The translations under genes were made by a program, and so were the position numbers. From Haliotis cracherodii (lineage: Eukaryota), in NCBI RefSeq assembly GCF_022045235.1, contig NW_027266270.1:26040001-26104000 (forward strand): DNA of 64,000 nt, written 5' to 3'. Shown piece after piece: positions 52,501 to 61,711 of this stretch (the stretch's first letter is position 1; each line of letters begins with the position of its first letter). The notes beneath the pieces are model-generated. The model was not told the DNA's origin. It saw nothing but the letters and a program-made list of their open reading frames with translations, and ran no database searches.

Positions 52501-55500
52501 TCACTTTTGGCTTCCCTCCCACATTAGCTGACATGCCGCGATATAACTGTAAAAGCGGCGTTAAACCCAACTCACTCACTCACTTAGAGGAGACTAACAG
52601 GATCGGGTGGTCAGGCTCGATGACTTGGTTAATGCACGTCATCGTATCCCAATTGCTTAGATGTTGTTATTTACTGGATTGTCTAGACCACGGTCATGAA
52701 GCTGAAGTATTGTTGAGTGCGGAAGTAACAGCTCTCCTATACACTTGACCCACACTCTGGACTTCTTTGCCTGGTTCTCATAGCTCTTACGCTTATGCCG
52801 AACTGATAATAAACAAAATCTGAGGCTTATGTCTCCGTCGGAGTTACCCACGTGACCCCGTTGGGATTTCAGGTTAGAATAGATCCCTCGCGACTTGGGT
52901 TGCAACGATACAGGAAGGTCACGATACGTATCTCGATATTCTGGTCGCATCATACGTATCTCGATACGCAACGAAACAACAACCAAAAGAAACAGAAACA
53001 GATAACTATGGGAGCGCATTAGTGCCACAGTCTAATTTGTTTTTATTATCTTTGTAGATGGTACTTAAATCTACGTAGATGATACTTACGTCTACGCAGA
53101 AGATACTTTTATCTACGTAGATGATTACATCCCCCTATATGATATTTTAATCGTACGTAGTATATAATCTTGTGCAGTTGCGACCCCAGTTGGATACAAA
53201 CATTTATATTTTAATAAAGGTGATTACCGAATTACTGTTAATTTAATTAAATGTTTGGGAGCATGTTGGTTGTTTCATTTTCAACGTGTCAAACTATTAG
53301 CCCTAAAAAAACCCACAAAACTATTGTGCTTTATGGGATGATGACGAGTATTAGTTTGGTATAGGTTTATACTTTATACACCCCTCCATTTTCACGTTTT
53401 ACCTCTTAAACCTAATTTCCGTCATGGAGAAATCTTGAGGAGCAACTTATTCGTTCGGCTTTAACCATGTCATGGTTGATATATAATTTCGCTTTGAATA
53501 ATGACCTATAGCTGTTTATTTGTTTGTAGTTTGGAGAACATTTTATGCTCTCCTCTTTTTATTACGGTTGTAAAAGAGTATCGCGTGTGATATACCCCTG
53601 TCACTTCGACATATTGAAATAAATAAATATTTTATGCAATGTTTTGATAATACCTCAGTAAAGACATGTCAAGGTAGTGATTCAAATAAATCGGTCATTA
53701 TTAATTAAGCCAGTGGTTCTGACTCGGAACTGGTGTCGATTACTCGAGAAAATATTGATACCTAGATGAAAGTATCTTGTACGTAGATGTCAGCAGTATC
53801 ATCTACGTAGATCATAGTATCATCTACCTAAGTGTAAGTATCTTCTACGTAGATGATACTTTCATCTGCGTAGATAATATTTTTTGGACTGTGGCACTAA
53901 TACGCTTCCATAGATAACAGTACTCCAGCTTTTATTAAGTTTTAAGACTTCAAGCATGCCAAGATTGGACCTTTTATGATTTTGGAACAGTCAAAATTAT
54001 TTTATGATAACAAGACTACTGAAGTTGTTTAGCTTCAAAGTGGACTTTTTTCTAACTTTCCTTCAAAACACTTCAAATTTCAAAACACCAGAAAATAATC
54101 AATGTACTTCACAGTTTGTATAGTTCAACTTCGGGTTCTTTTTCAGTAAAATTAAAATGTGAACATTGTCAGACACTGACATTGTCTCCTACTGTTGAGT
54201 CTTAACGGAGGTGGAGTTGTAGGGGGTTGATGACCAACACAACAGTACATGCTCTGGTTACCTCACACGATCTACAATGTGCGTTTCAGAGTTTTAAAAA
54301 AAAGATAAGAATAGTAGTTGTTTATGATTCATTGTGTAAACAAAGATTTATCGAGTGTTATGCGCTTAAAAAAACCGCACATCGTAGTCCCTTCAACGAA
54401 TTCATTTGAACGAACAGGTATTACATTGTCAATAAAAATATATAATTTGATATAAAAACATCACTAGACATGATTTACCATTTAAATTGTATTTCATCCT
54501 CTCCAAGGCTTTGTTTTACATGCAGAGATAAAGATTACCGTGTGTATTTTATCGTAAACTAAGCCGGAAATAGCAATCAGCTGTACGCGCGTTTTCTCCC
54601 AATGTACCGGTGATTCAGTTAAAAAGTACCCAATGATACAACATCAAAGAATTTGATGCAACGGTCAGAAGAATGTGTATCTGGAATTATCATTTTATCA
54701 GGGACAATTTATTCCAATATCGTGTTATTTTAGTTGCAGCTTACATTACTATATACTTAAAATTGTAAGAACCATTAGCGTAGCACTTTGGTACAGCTGA
54801 TTGCTATTGTAGGATTTTTTTAGGTATGGAACAATTTGACCAGTCACCGAAAGGACTCTCCGCGCGTTATGTACTAGTATTTCAATGCGAAACCGTTATG
54901 TTGACATATAACAGTTAAATTGCCACAAATATTATTTTTGACTGGCAACTATCCTCGTTTCAAGGCGTCAATAGCGGTAATCTGACCAGGGTTGCTGTAA
55001 ATACTAGTGAGTTGTGCGATCTACCGATCGCTTCACACATGATTTCGCCGAAATTGATGTACTGACATTTTGAATAAAATCAATAAAATATATTAGATAT
55101 AGAATGATTACGTTTTTTTATAACCAGATAGTATTATAATGGGCATATATTTCGTACTTCAGTTCGGATTTGTTGACTGGTATTTTGCGGTGTTATGTGA
55201 TCAGCTGATAATGCTTTTTTAGATGGGGAAAAACATAGTGTCAGTGTAAAACTTGTATTTATTAAAAATGTTTCAGGTCCGTTCATGCCCTGCGATGACC
55301 TGTTTGGGTGGTGGTCACTGAGATGCGGTGTGTGGTTCGTCTTCATGCTGGCCGTGCTGGGCAATGGTGTGGTCCTCTTTGTTTCTGTCACCAGCAGGTC
55401 CAAGATGGACGTCCCGCGCTTTCTCATCTGCAACTTGGCCTGCGCTGATTTCTTCATGGGAATATACCTGGGCTTCCTGGCCATAGTGGACGCGTCGACT

Positions 55501-58500
55501 CTGGGTCAGTTTCATAATGTCGGGCGGTGGGGTAGCCTAATGGTTAAAGCTTTGGATTCCCCCCTTGGGCACAATGTGTGAAGCCCCTCTCTGGTGCATC
55601 CGCTGTGATATTGCTGGAATATTGCTAAAAGCGGTGTAAAACCATGTTCACTCACTCACGTTCGTAGCAGCAGCGCAGGCCCAACTCAGGGGTATATATT
55701 CCGTGTCTCTATTTGCCAACCCCGTGAGGACGTTGATAAGGATGTCGACCGCTGGCGTGCCTGGCTCAGACTCCGTCATTTACAGGCCGCCGCGATCTAG
55801 CCGCAATGAAGGTATCTGCGGCGTTAGTTATCATCATTCAACACTTCTTTCAAATGTGAATTAAGGGGCGGTCGGGTAGCCAAGAGGTTAAAGCGTTCGC
55901 TCGTCACGCCAAAGACCCGGGTTCGATTCCCGACATGGGTAAAATGTGTGAAACCCATTTCTGGTGTCCCCCGCCGTGATATTGCTGGAATATTGCTAAA
56001 AGAGGCGTAAAACCATACTCACTCACTCAAATGTGAATTGGCATATGTTAGGGTAATTTCCATTTAAGCAAAACGTGATTTTCTCCCCGTAGATGAAGGA
56101 AAATCCAACCCTTGGCATGGGTTTGATTAATTTTTGACAATCCTTGATTTTCCTGGAATTTAATTGTACTTCAGGTGAGTTCAAGAAGCACGCCATCTGG
56201 TGGCAGTTGAGTCCCGGCTGCGTTATAGCGGGGTTCCTGGGAGTTCTGTCAAGCGAACTGAGCGTCTTCACCTTGACGGTGATCACCATGGAGAGGTTCT
56301 ACGCCATCACCCACGCCATGCAGCTCAACAAGCGGCTGTCCCTGCGACATGCAAGTGAGTATTGGATAGGGGTGACTATTGGTCTGGAAATCACCAATGC
56401 GATAACTATTGATATTGCAAGCAACTATTGCGATAAATAAATTTTAGATGTGTAGGAGAAACCATGTCTCCGAGGGATTACTAGAGATTGTAAACCCTCA
56501 CATGAGGGACGTTCCCGAATGTGAGGGTTTACAATCTCTAGTAATCTCGAGGAGACATGGTTTGTCCAACTTATAAACCGACTCATCGCATAGACAACGT
56601 TTTTAATCAAATAACTGTAATAAAACCTCTCAATTGTATAACCTGTATCGGAGATGAAATATCGCCTGCAGTCGTGAAATCGGTTCAATGAAACCGGTGA
56701 CCTCAGCACGTGGGTTTCGCAACGGTGCGAAATCTGCACGTGCGTCTCGCAATGGCACGAAATCTGCACGTGCGTCTGGTAGGCTGTTCGTAGTTTTTGT
56801 TCTATCAAGGGTTTACAATTATTGTAAGCCCTCCTGCGAGGTGTTACCACAATTTCAAAAACTCCATAACGTGTTACACAAACAGCCAGTAGGTTTATAA
56901 GGATTTTAGAGTTGAATTAAATCTTGGTACTGAATTTTCTTTTGAATGTGACAAATAAAAAGTATGACTGAGATATGACTGAATTGTTTTTTCTTAACCC
57001 TAATAATTTAAGAAAAAGAAGCTTCCATATTACCATGTGTAAATTACTACCACTCCCAATCAAAAGAAAAACAAATTTGAACAGCATTGCATGTATTTTA
57101 TTGAAACTGTAAAACTATGGTAAATACAATCGAAACTATCGATATTCCTAACTGAAATAGATACTATTGATCGGAAACTGATTTAAAAATCGATGTATTG
57201 ACTTTAAGTGCTTATTAATAGCAATATATCGATATTTCGATTTATCGTGACACCCCTAGTATTGGACTAGTCACGGCTCCAGATTAGATTTAATGCCGTC
57301 CAGATATAGCTGGAAAATATCTGAATGTGGTTTTAACGAAGTCATTCGCAGAATGATTGATGCTCATGATGTCAATTAGCGGATTGTTTGGTCCAAACTC
57401 GATTATTTGCACACCACCGTATTTTTTCTCGAATATTGCTGAGTGCATCCGTAATTAAATTCTGTGCATTTGTCTTTTTTATTGCCAGTAAAAAAACGCA
57501 TTTTCAAGTTTCTTGCGTCATATGAAGCAAACTCTCATTGTTAACACCTGGTATAGAAACGTTGTCCATTTGTATACTACTCAAAAGAAGTTAAGGAAAA
57601 CCTGTTTCTTTCATATTACTATAGTTACTATAGTATATGAAATAATCGAGTGTTCCTTAACTTCTATTGAGTGGTATATTAAAAAGCCCAAATCCATGCT
57701 AGTCGTACAATGCGACTAACGGGATCGGGGGATGATCCTCGCTGACTTGGTTGATGCACGTTATCGTATCATCATGATGATGGCAATGACTTGATTGTCT
57801 GGTTCAGACTCGATAATTTACAGACCGCCGTCAATTTTGCTGAGTGCGGCGTTTTACAACAAACAAACAGCCACTTATCATATATTGCATATAATGAACG
57901 CGCAGCGTGCACAATATAAGTTATCAGCGTGGGAATACCTTACCATATGCCCCGAGGGATCGGTTGACCACGAATTTAGCTTGTATTTAGTATTGATTCA
58001 ACCGTTTTGACAGCTAGCAGAAGACGCAAACGAACCGAGTTACTTCCCTTTACCCAATGCATTCGGATAAACATCGGTTCCTATCAGCGATACTTATGCG
58101 AGATAAGGAAGTTTCCTGAGGTGTGTTCCGATTGATTTCTCAGCGGGGTACATGAGAAGGCTACATGGAAATTAATTGCCCGCTCCTTAACCAATCAGAA
58201 GCTAGTATTTAAATTAAGATGAGATACGTGTTTTTAAACAATAGACTGTCCGGATCCCCTTTCTGAATAAAATGCTCTTCAACAATAGCCCATTACTTAT
58301 AGCTGGGTAACTGCACAAAATGTGCTGATAGATAAGATTCGGGGAAGAAAAGGAAGCCGTTGCCGTTTCTCTCTGAGGATTGGATGGTCAGTATGTCTAT
58401 TTACTATAAACTGTAGACCGGCCACATGTTTATCGGAGTGTTCAGGCTCGATTCCACGTTGCCTTGATGTAATTGTGATATGGGTTACTATGTTGATCAC

Positions 58501-61096
58501 ACCATCTACTTTCCAGGTTACATCATGCTGGTTGGGTGGTGTTTCTCCATCCTCATCGCCAGCTTGCCCATCTTCGGTATCAGCGACTTCAGGAAGTTTG
58601 CCGTATGTCTGCCTTTTGAGATTAGCGGAGTCGTGTCTAAAGGTTAGTATATACGGTATACCTTCTTTAACACATCCCCAAGGTGACCCAGGTTAGAATA
58701 GGCCCCAATCACTGTTGGAGGCGACTAAATTGAATTGCTTTCTCAATCTTTTGAATAAAACCCAACAGGCAGATGGGGTTTATTCACAAAGACCTGGACA
58801 ATCAGTCCCTCATCTTATTGCAACCTCCGTGAAGATCCGGAGTAGAATAGGTCTTCAGCAACTCATGTAAAGTCGACTATGTCGTAAGAGTCGAATAACG
58901 GGATCGGGTGGTCAGGATCGCTGCCTGGTTGATGCATGTCATCGTATACCAATTGCCTGTATCGATGCTCATGATATCAACCACTTATTTATTTACATAC
59001 CGCTGTCATATAGCTGCAATATTGCTGAGTGCGGCGTTAAACAACAAAGAAACAAAGAAACAACTGAATTTTCTTGGGATTTTGGATCACTTAAGTTATC
59101 TGACCCACACTATATTATTTACGGCCGCCGTCATATAACTGGAACATTGCTGATGTGGCGTTAAAGAACACAAACGTATAGGTAACGTTATATCATCTTT
59201 CTCTGTTTAGGGTATGTCTGCTTCATCATGATATTCAACGGCATCTCCTTCTTCATCATCCTGAGCTGTTACTTCATCATGTACCTCTCCATCCGCGACT
59301 CCCAGGCCTGGAACTCTAACGACATGCGAGTAGCGAAGAGGATGGCCCTTCTCGTCTTCACCGACTTCGTGTGCTGGGCCCCCATCGCCTTCCTATCCTT
59401 GGCAGCAGCCTTCGGGAAAAACCTCATCCATCTAAACGAAGCCAAGGTCCTCACCATCTTCATCCTCCCTCTCAACAGCTGTGCAAACCCCTTCCTGTAC
59501 GCCATCTTCACAAAACAGTTTAAGAAGGACTGCGTGTTGCTGTGCAGACGGCTGGAAGATTCATCCATAGCGCGCCACTTCTCCAGAGTGAGCAACAGAC
59601 ATGGGAGCTCCTGGGTGCCCTCGAGACGTCCGTCAGGGCTGAATAGTCTGGTTCCTGGTGAGAAGCGGGGCAGCAATAGTAACTCAATGAGCATCGGGAG
59701 TCAGTATGGTGGCTTGATCAACTACCACTCCGAGTCGAACAATGTCAAGAGCGAGTCGGAAAGGAGCGAGTGTGATAGCAAGCAGAACAACACTAAGCCG
59801 TTCTTGGCAAAGGATTGCCCCTATTGCAAAAGTCGAAGCGTTAAGGGTCATAAGACAAAAAGGAACAATAAGAAAAATGTTGAACATAGGAAGCATGGCT
59901 CCGGCCGGCCTGATGCAGACTCCCACATTATTCTGCACCAAGAGTTTTGTTCCAAGGAGAAGATGGATGATTTGAACTGCACCACTGAGTCCTATCTGAC
60001 GTATGATGAAGATGATAACCATCACCGGGCGGTTTGGATCAAGCAGTCGGGGACTGTGTGTGTTGATGCATCGTGTTCATGTTATGCTCAAAAAACCGTA
60101 CCTCCACTCAAAGGGCAGATAACTCTTCCAGTTGTCGCTTTTCAAGGTCATCAAGAAAAAGTAAATTTTCATTCCCACCGATCCAAAAGCCAGAAAAAGA
60201 CACCCTGGACACAGAACATCCCGTGTTGTAGTACCGAGTCGAGTCCTATAGATACAGACAAGCACTGTGACTATGATGCCGTTCTGATGCCGGAAAACTC
60301 GAATGGCTCGTCAGACAGGTGTGTTCAATGCTGTAGTGGGATGTCCACAAATTCCCGATCCAAATCAGCGGGAGTGTGTGTGGAAAAGCTGACCCAGTCT
60401 CAGTTTGACATCCAACTCGTGATAGAGGACGGGTCGCACATGCGTAGTTCGTCTAAAAAGAGACGGAAATCAGAGGAAGAAAAACATGGCGAAGCTGTTG
60501 AGTCTAGTTTTGTTGAACTTAAAGGCAAACCGTCTTGTCTAGTAATGGAACCGCCTGATCAGCCTGGTGATACTTTGTGTGTTAGGAAACGTAAGAAAGA
60601 AAAGATTGACAAAAATGTGCATCTAAGGTTTTTCACGCAGTCTCTTGCAGAACACGATTTTATTCAGTCTTCGGTGGGGCGGTCCAACAGTCTCGTTGAA
60701 CTAACACAGCCGCAACTAACCGACTTGTACCGACCCCCCTGTAAGAGACTAAGCCTCACCCCCGGGCAGGAAGGATATATGCTGCTAAATAACACTAACA
60801 GAGACTCTGCTTTCGTGGACGACGATGATGAATTCGACTTCTCGCACCGGATTCTGGAGGGTTATGCAGACGGTAGCTTTTTTGACCGGAAGTCCCGAAA
60901 GTACGATTACGGTTTGGTGAAGCGCCGCCAAACGGCGGATGACGCGGCTGAAGAAGAGGAGACAACCAAGTTATTGTTTGATTCGAGTGACAAAGTCATA
61001 GGCAGCGATGAGAGTGAGGCACTTAAAAGCTCTGTACAAAACATGTCAAGTTTAAAGAGCTGTGATAAAGAAAGCGGTTTCGTATCGGAGCTGTAG
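28063..61096 (+). CDS. rk: Type-B leucine-rich repeat-containing GPCR (bursicon receptor rickets/DLGR2-like; LGR4/5/6 family), 19 exons identified, 5'-incomplete
   Basis: Exons 28063-28134, 29816-29887, 31789-31860, 36493-36636, 39871-39942, 41348-41419, 42580-42648, 42943-43086, 45598-45738, 46648-46713, 47406-47549, 48247-48318, 49285-49462, 51269-51383, 52035-52217, 55277-55504, 56175-56354, 58517-58642, 59211-61096. All are GT-AG with compatible phases, total 4036 nt with no internal stop. Motifs [100 protein letters not shown] and [11 protein letters not shown] match my recollection of insect rickets. Symbol assigned by inferred orthology. Confidence 0.93.
29458..29617 (+). mobile_element. 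SINE family A copy
   Basis: Colinear with 55863-56026; ends approximate. Confidence 0.85.
29816..29887 (+). CDS. rk: LGR LRR exon ([24 protein letters not shown])
   Basis: ttctag|...|gtgagt, 72 nt. Confidence 0.92.
31789..31860 (+). CDS. rk: LGR LRR exon ([24 protein letters not shown])
   Basis: ttgaag|...|gtgagt, 72 nt; AAG acceptor. Confidence 0.88.
34600..36100 (-). pseudogene. Possible highly decayed LINE fragment
   Basis: Only weak remnants ([10 protein letters not shown]; [14 protein letters not shown]; NCWAKE); many stops. Confidence 0.3.
36493..36636 (+). CDS. rk: LGR exon, two LRRs ([15 protein letters not shown]...[24 protein letters not shown])
   Basis: ttacag|...|gtaagt, 144 nt. 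Confidence 0.93.
36836..38035. repeat. 17-bp minisatellite with 24-bp variants
   Basis: tatggctatcagta(t/c)cg. Confidence 0.95.
38058..38905. repeat. 72-bp tandem repeat (dimer of two related 36-mers), ~12 copies
   Basis: gacattcctgtctcctgtacttgaacgtagactatc + gacattcatttctcctatacttgaacatggaccaga. Confidence 0.95.
39871..39942 (+). CDS. rk: LGR LRR exon ([24 protein letters not shown])
   Basis: tttcag|...|gtaagt, 72 nt. Confidence 0.92.
40034..40300 (+). mobile_element. SINE family C (tRNA head plus Meta/MESC-like central domain)
   Basis: Head GTGGTCTAGTGGT…GATCCCCGG; core GGCATTAAGGG…AAGGACTGGTCGGCTCGGAGTCAG resembles my recollection of MetaSINE cores. Other copies at ~6950-7173(-) and ~1500-1655(+). 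Confidence 0.75.
40607..41044. mobile_element. Same long-TIR MITE, interrupting a SINE family A copy
   Basis: AAAGATCTGAGGAC…GTCCTCAGATCTTT inverted arms; SINE-A head before and B box/tail after. Confidence 0.78.
41348..41419 (+). CDS. rk: LGR LRR exon ([24 protein letters not shown])
   Basis: ttacag|...|gtaagt, 72 nt. Confidence 0.92.
42580..42648 (+). CDS. rk: LGR LRR exon ([23 protein letters not shown])
   Basis: long (CT)n tract then ttcag|...|gtgagt, 69 nt. Confidence 0.92.
42943..43086 (+). CDS. rk: LGR exon, two LRRs ([15 protein letters not shown]...[24 protein letters not shown])
   Basis: actag|...|gtgagc, 144 nt. Confidence 0.92.
43448..43524. repeat. Perfect (CT)n microsatellite
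   Basis: Directly visible. Confidence 0.95.
43929..44083 (-). mobile_element. SINE family A copy
   Basis: 11-bp TSD TGTAGTTAAAG (43918-43928 / 44084-44094). Confidence 0.88.
44510..44750. repeat. 37-bp minisatellite, ~6 copies
   Basis: ctaaccagtgctagcccgcgtatgctaacctgggact. Confidence 0.88.
45098..45355 (+). mobile_element. SINE-like family D copy
   Basis: Colinear with 63323-63587; ends approximate. Confidence 0.85.
45598..45738 (+). CDS. rk: LGR exon, two atypical LRRs ([47 protein letters not shown])
   Basis: ttgcag|...|gtaagt, 141 nt; irregular LRR pair typical of type-B LGRs. Confidence 0.93.
46648..46713 (+). CDS. rk: LGR LRR exon ([22 protein letters not shown])
   Basis: tttcag|...|gtgagt, 66 nt. 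Confidence 0.92.
47406..47549 (+). CDS. rk: LGR exon, two LRRs ([18 protein letters not shown]...[12 protein letters not shown])
   Basis: tctcag|...|gtaagt, 144 nt. Confidence 0.93.
47789..48101. mobile_element. Tc1/mariner (pogo/Tigger-like) MITE
   Basis: TA|CCGTATTCGACG … CGTCGAATACGG|TA. Confidence 0.72.
48247..48318 (+). CDS. rk: LGR LRR exon ([24 protein letters not shown])
   Basis: ttccag|...|gtaagt, 72 nt. Confidence 0.93.
48700..49138. mobile_element. Mariner-derived foldback MITE
   Basis: TIR CGAGGGGCGTTCAAT…, [13 protein letters not shown] and DKWNxCI remnants. Confidence 0.9.
49285..49462 (+). CDS. rk: LGR exon, last LRRs and C-terminal cap (…[15 protein letters not shown])
   Basis: tttcag|...|gtgagg, 178 nt, ends phase 0. 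Confidence 0.94.
49487..49846. mobile_element. MITE with long (~85-bp) imperfect TIRs
   Basis: AATCTCATTAAAATCAGA… / …TCTGATTTTAATGAGATT; second copy at ~40607-41044. Confidence 0.82.
50030..51155. repeat. 26-bp minisatellite, ~42 copies
   Basis: ccggtgctggtgggtttttaataata. Confidence 0.93.
51269..51383 (+). CDS. rk: LGR hinge exon ([38 protein letters not shown])
   Basis: ttgcag|...|gtaggt, 115 nt, phase 0 to 1; needed to join the neighbouring exons in frame. Confidence 0.85.
52035..52217 (+). CDS. rk: LGR hinge exon (…[11 protein letters not shown]…[10 protein letters not shown])
   Basis: tcacag|...|gtacgt, 183 nt, phase 1/1. Confidence 0.9.
52328..52583 (+). mobile_element. SINE family B nested in a SINE family D copy
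   Basis: 10-bp TSD TTAGAGGAGA (52318-52327 / 52584-52593); host D sequence runs ~52265-52725. Confidence 0.88.
53007..53912. mobile_element. Non-autonomous DNA transposon, IS3EU-type
   Basis: TIR TATGGGAGCGCATTAGTGCCACAGTC / GACTGTGGCACTAATACGCTTCCATA, 6-bp TSD GATAAC, ATCTACGTAGAT repeats at both ends. Confidence 0.87.
55277..55504 (+). CDS. rk: LGR exon, end of hinge, TM1-TM2
   Basis: tttcag|...|gtcagt, 228 nt; [19 protein letters not shown]…NLACADF. Confidence 0.95.
55863..56026 (+). mobile_element. SINE family A (tRNA-Asp/Glu-like head), full-length copy
   Basis: GTAGCC.AG.GGTT A box, GGTTCGATTCC B box, 13-bp TSD TCAAATGTGAATT. Other copies near 9629, 12148, 18980, 23215, 27137, 27658, 29458, 32250(-), 40565, 43125, 43929(-), 55522. 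Confidence 0.9.
56175..56354 (+). CDS. rk: LGR exon, ECL1-TM3-ICL2
   Basis: cttcag|...|gtgagt, 180 nt; WQLSPGC…[20 protein letters not shown]. Confidence 0.95.
56367..57258. mobile_element. Non-autonomous hAT-type element
   Basis: Termini TAGGGGTG / CACCCCTA, 8-bp TSD GTATTGGA, CGATA-type subterminal motifs. Confidence 0.8.
58517..58642 (+). CDS. rk: LGR exon, TM4-ECL2 ([34 protein letters not shown])
   Basis: ttccag|...|gttagt, 126 nt. Confidence 0.94.
59211..61096 (+). CDS. rk: LGR terminal exon, TM5-TM7 plus long cytoplasmic tail
   Basis: gtttag| acceptor; [18 protein letters not shown] and [11 protein letters not shown]; stop TAG at 61094-61096. Confidence 0.96.
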
Positions 61097-61199
61097 ACTG
61101 TATTCCAGTTCTTTTACTGGTTGAATGATGAATTAAAACCATGATGATGAGACAATATACTTAGTGAAACAAGTATACACCTGGCAAAGTGAGCACCAG

Positions 61200-61306
61200 G
61201 GTGCCGTTGTACAAAACAACCTCAGCGCTACGACTGTCGTGAGTCTATGTTAAGGCATAGGAGTCACGATCACCCAAGCGCTAAGATCGCTTTGTACAAC
61301 GGCGCC
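61200..61306. mobile_element. PIF/Harbinger-like MITE in the probable 3' UTR
   Basis: TIR GGTGCCGTTGTACAAA / TTTGTACAACGGCGCC, 3-bp TSD CAG. Confidence 0.75.
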
Positions 61307-61330
61307 CAGTTAGTTATAAAAAACTTTCCA

Positions 61331-61336
61331 AATAAA
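61331..61336 (+). promoter_or_regulatory. Candidate polyadenylation signal of the LGR gene
   Basis: First AATAAA after the stop codon, with T/GT-rich sequence about 45 nt downstream; no transcript evidence. Confidence 0.35.
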
Positions 61337-61711
61337 ATATATAAATCGCATCCTGGATTAATTTTCCGCCGAGATACATTTGTTTTTGTTTACAAAGTGA
61401 AATACAGACACAAAACAGGTTGTGTTTTTCTAATGACACGTTTTGTGACTATTCCGTGGCAATATGTTTGCCTAGCCTTTGTCTCGTGTGATATGACATG
61501 ACTATGTACGTCAGAGGGACACTCGTAATAACATTTCAATGAGTATCAGTGGTGCATTAGACATTTACCAAAGTGAGATCAATGCCGTATGCAGTTATTT
61601 TCGAAGGATGGCTGTTCGCGATTTAAACTACTCAAAAGAAGTTATCACCGAATTTCGCATATGGCTATAGTCAATCTGGCATGGCTATGTTCCTTTTTTC
61701 TTTTGAGAAGT

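Noticed and set aside
59269-60265. Antisense ORFs over the terminal exon
   Set aside because: Shadow ORFs of a GC-richer coding strand
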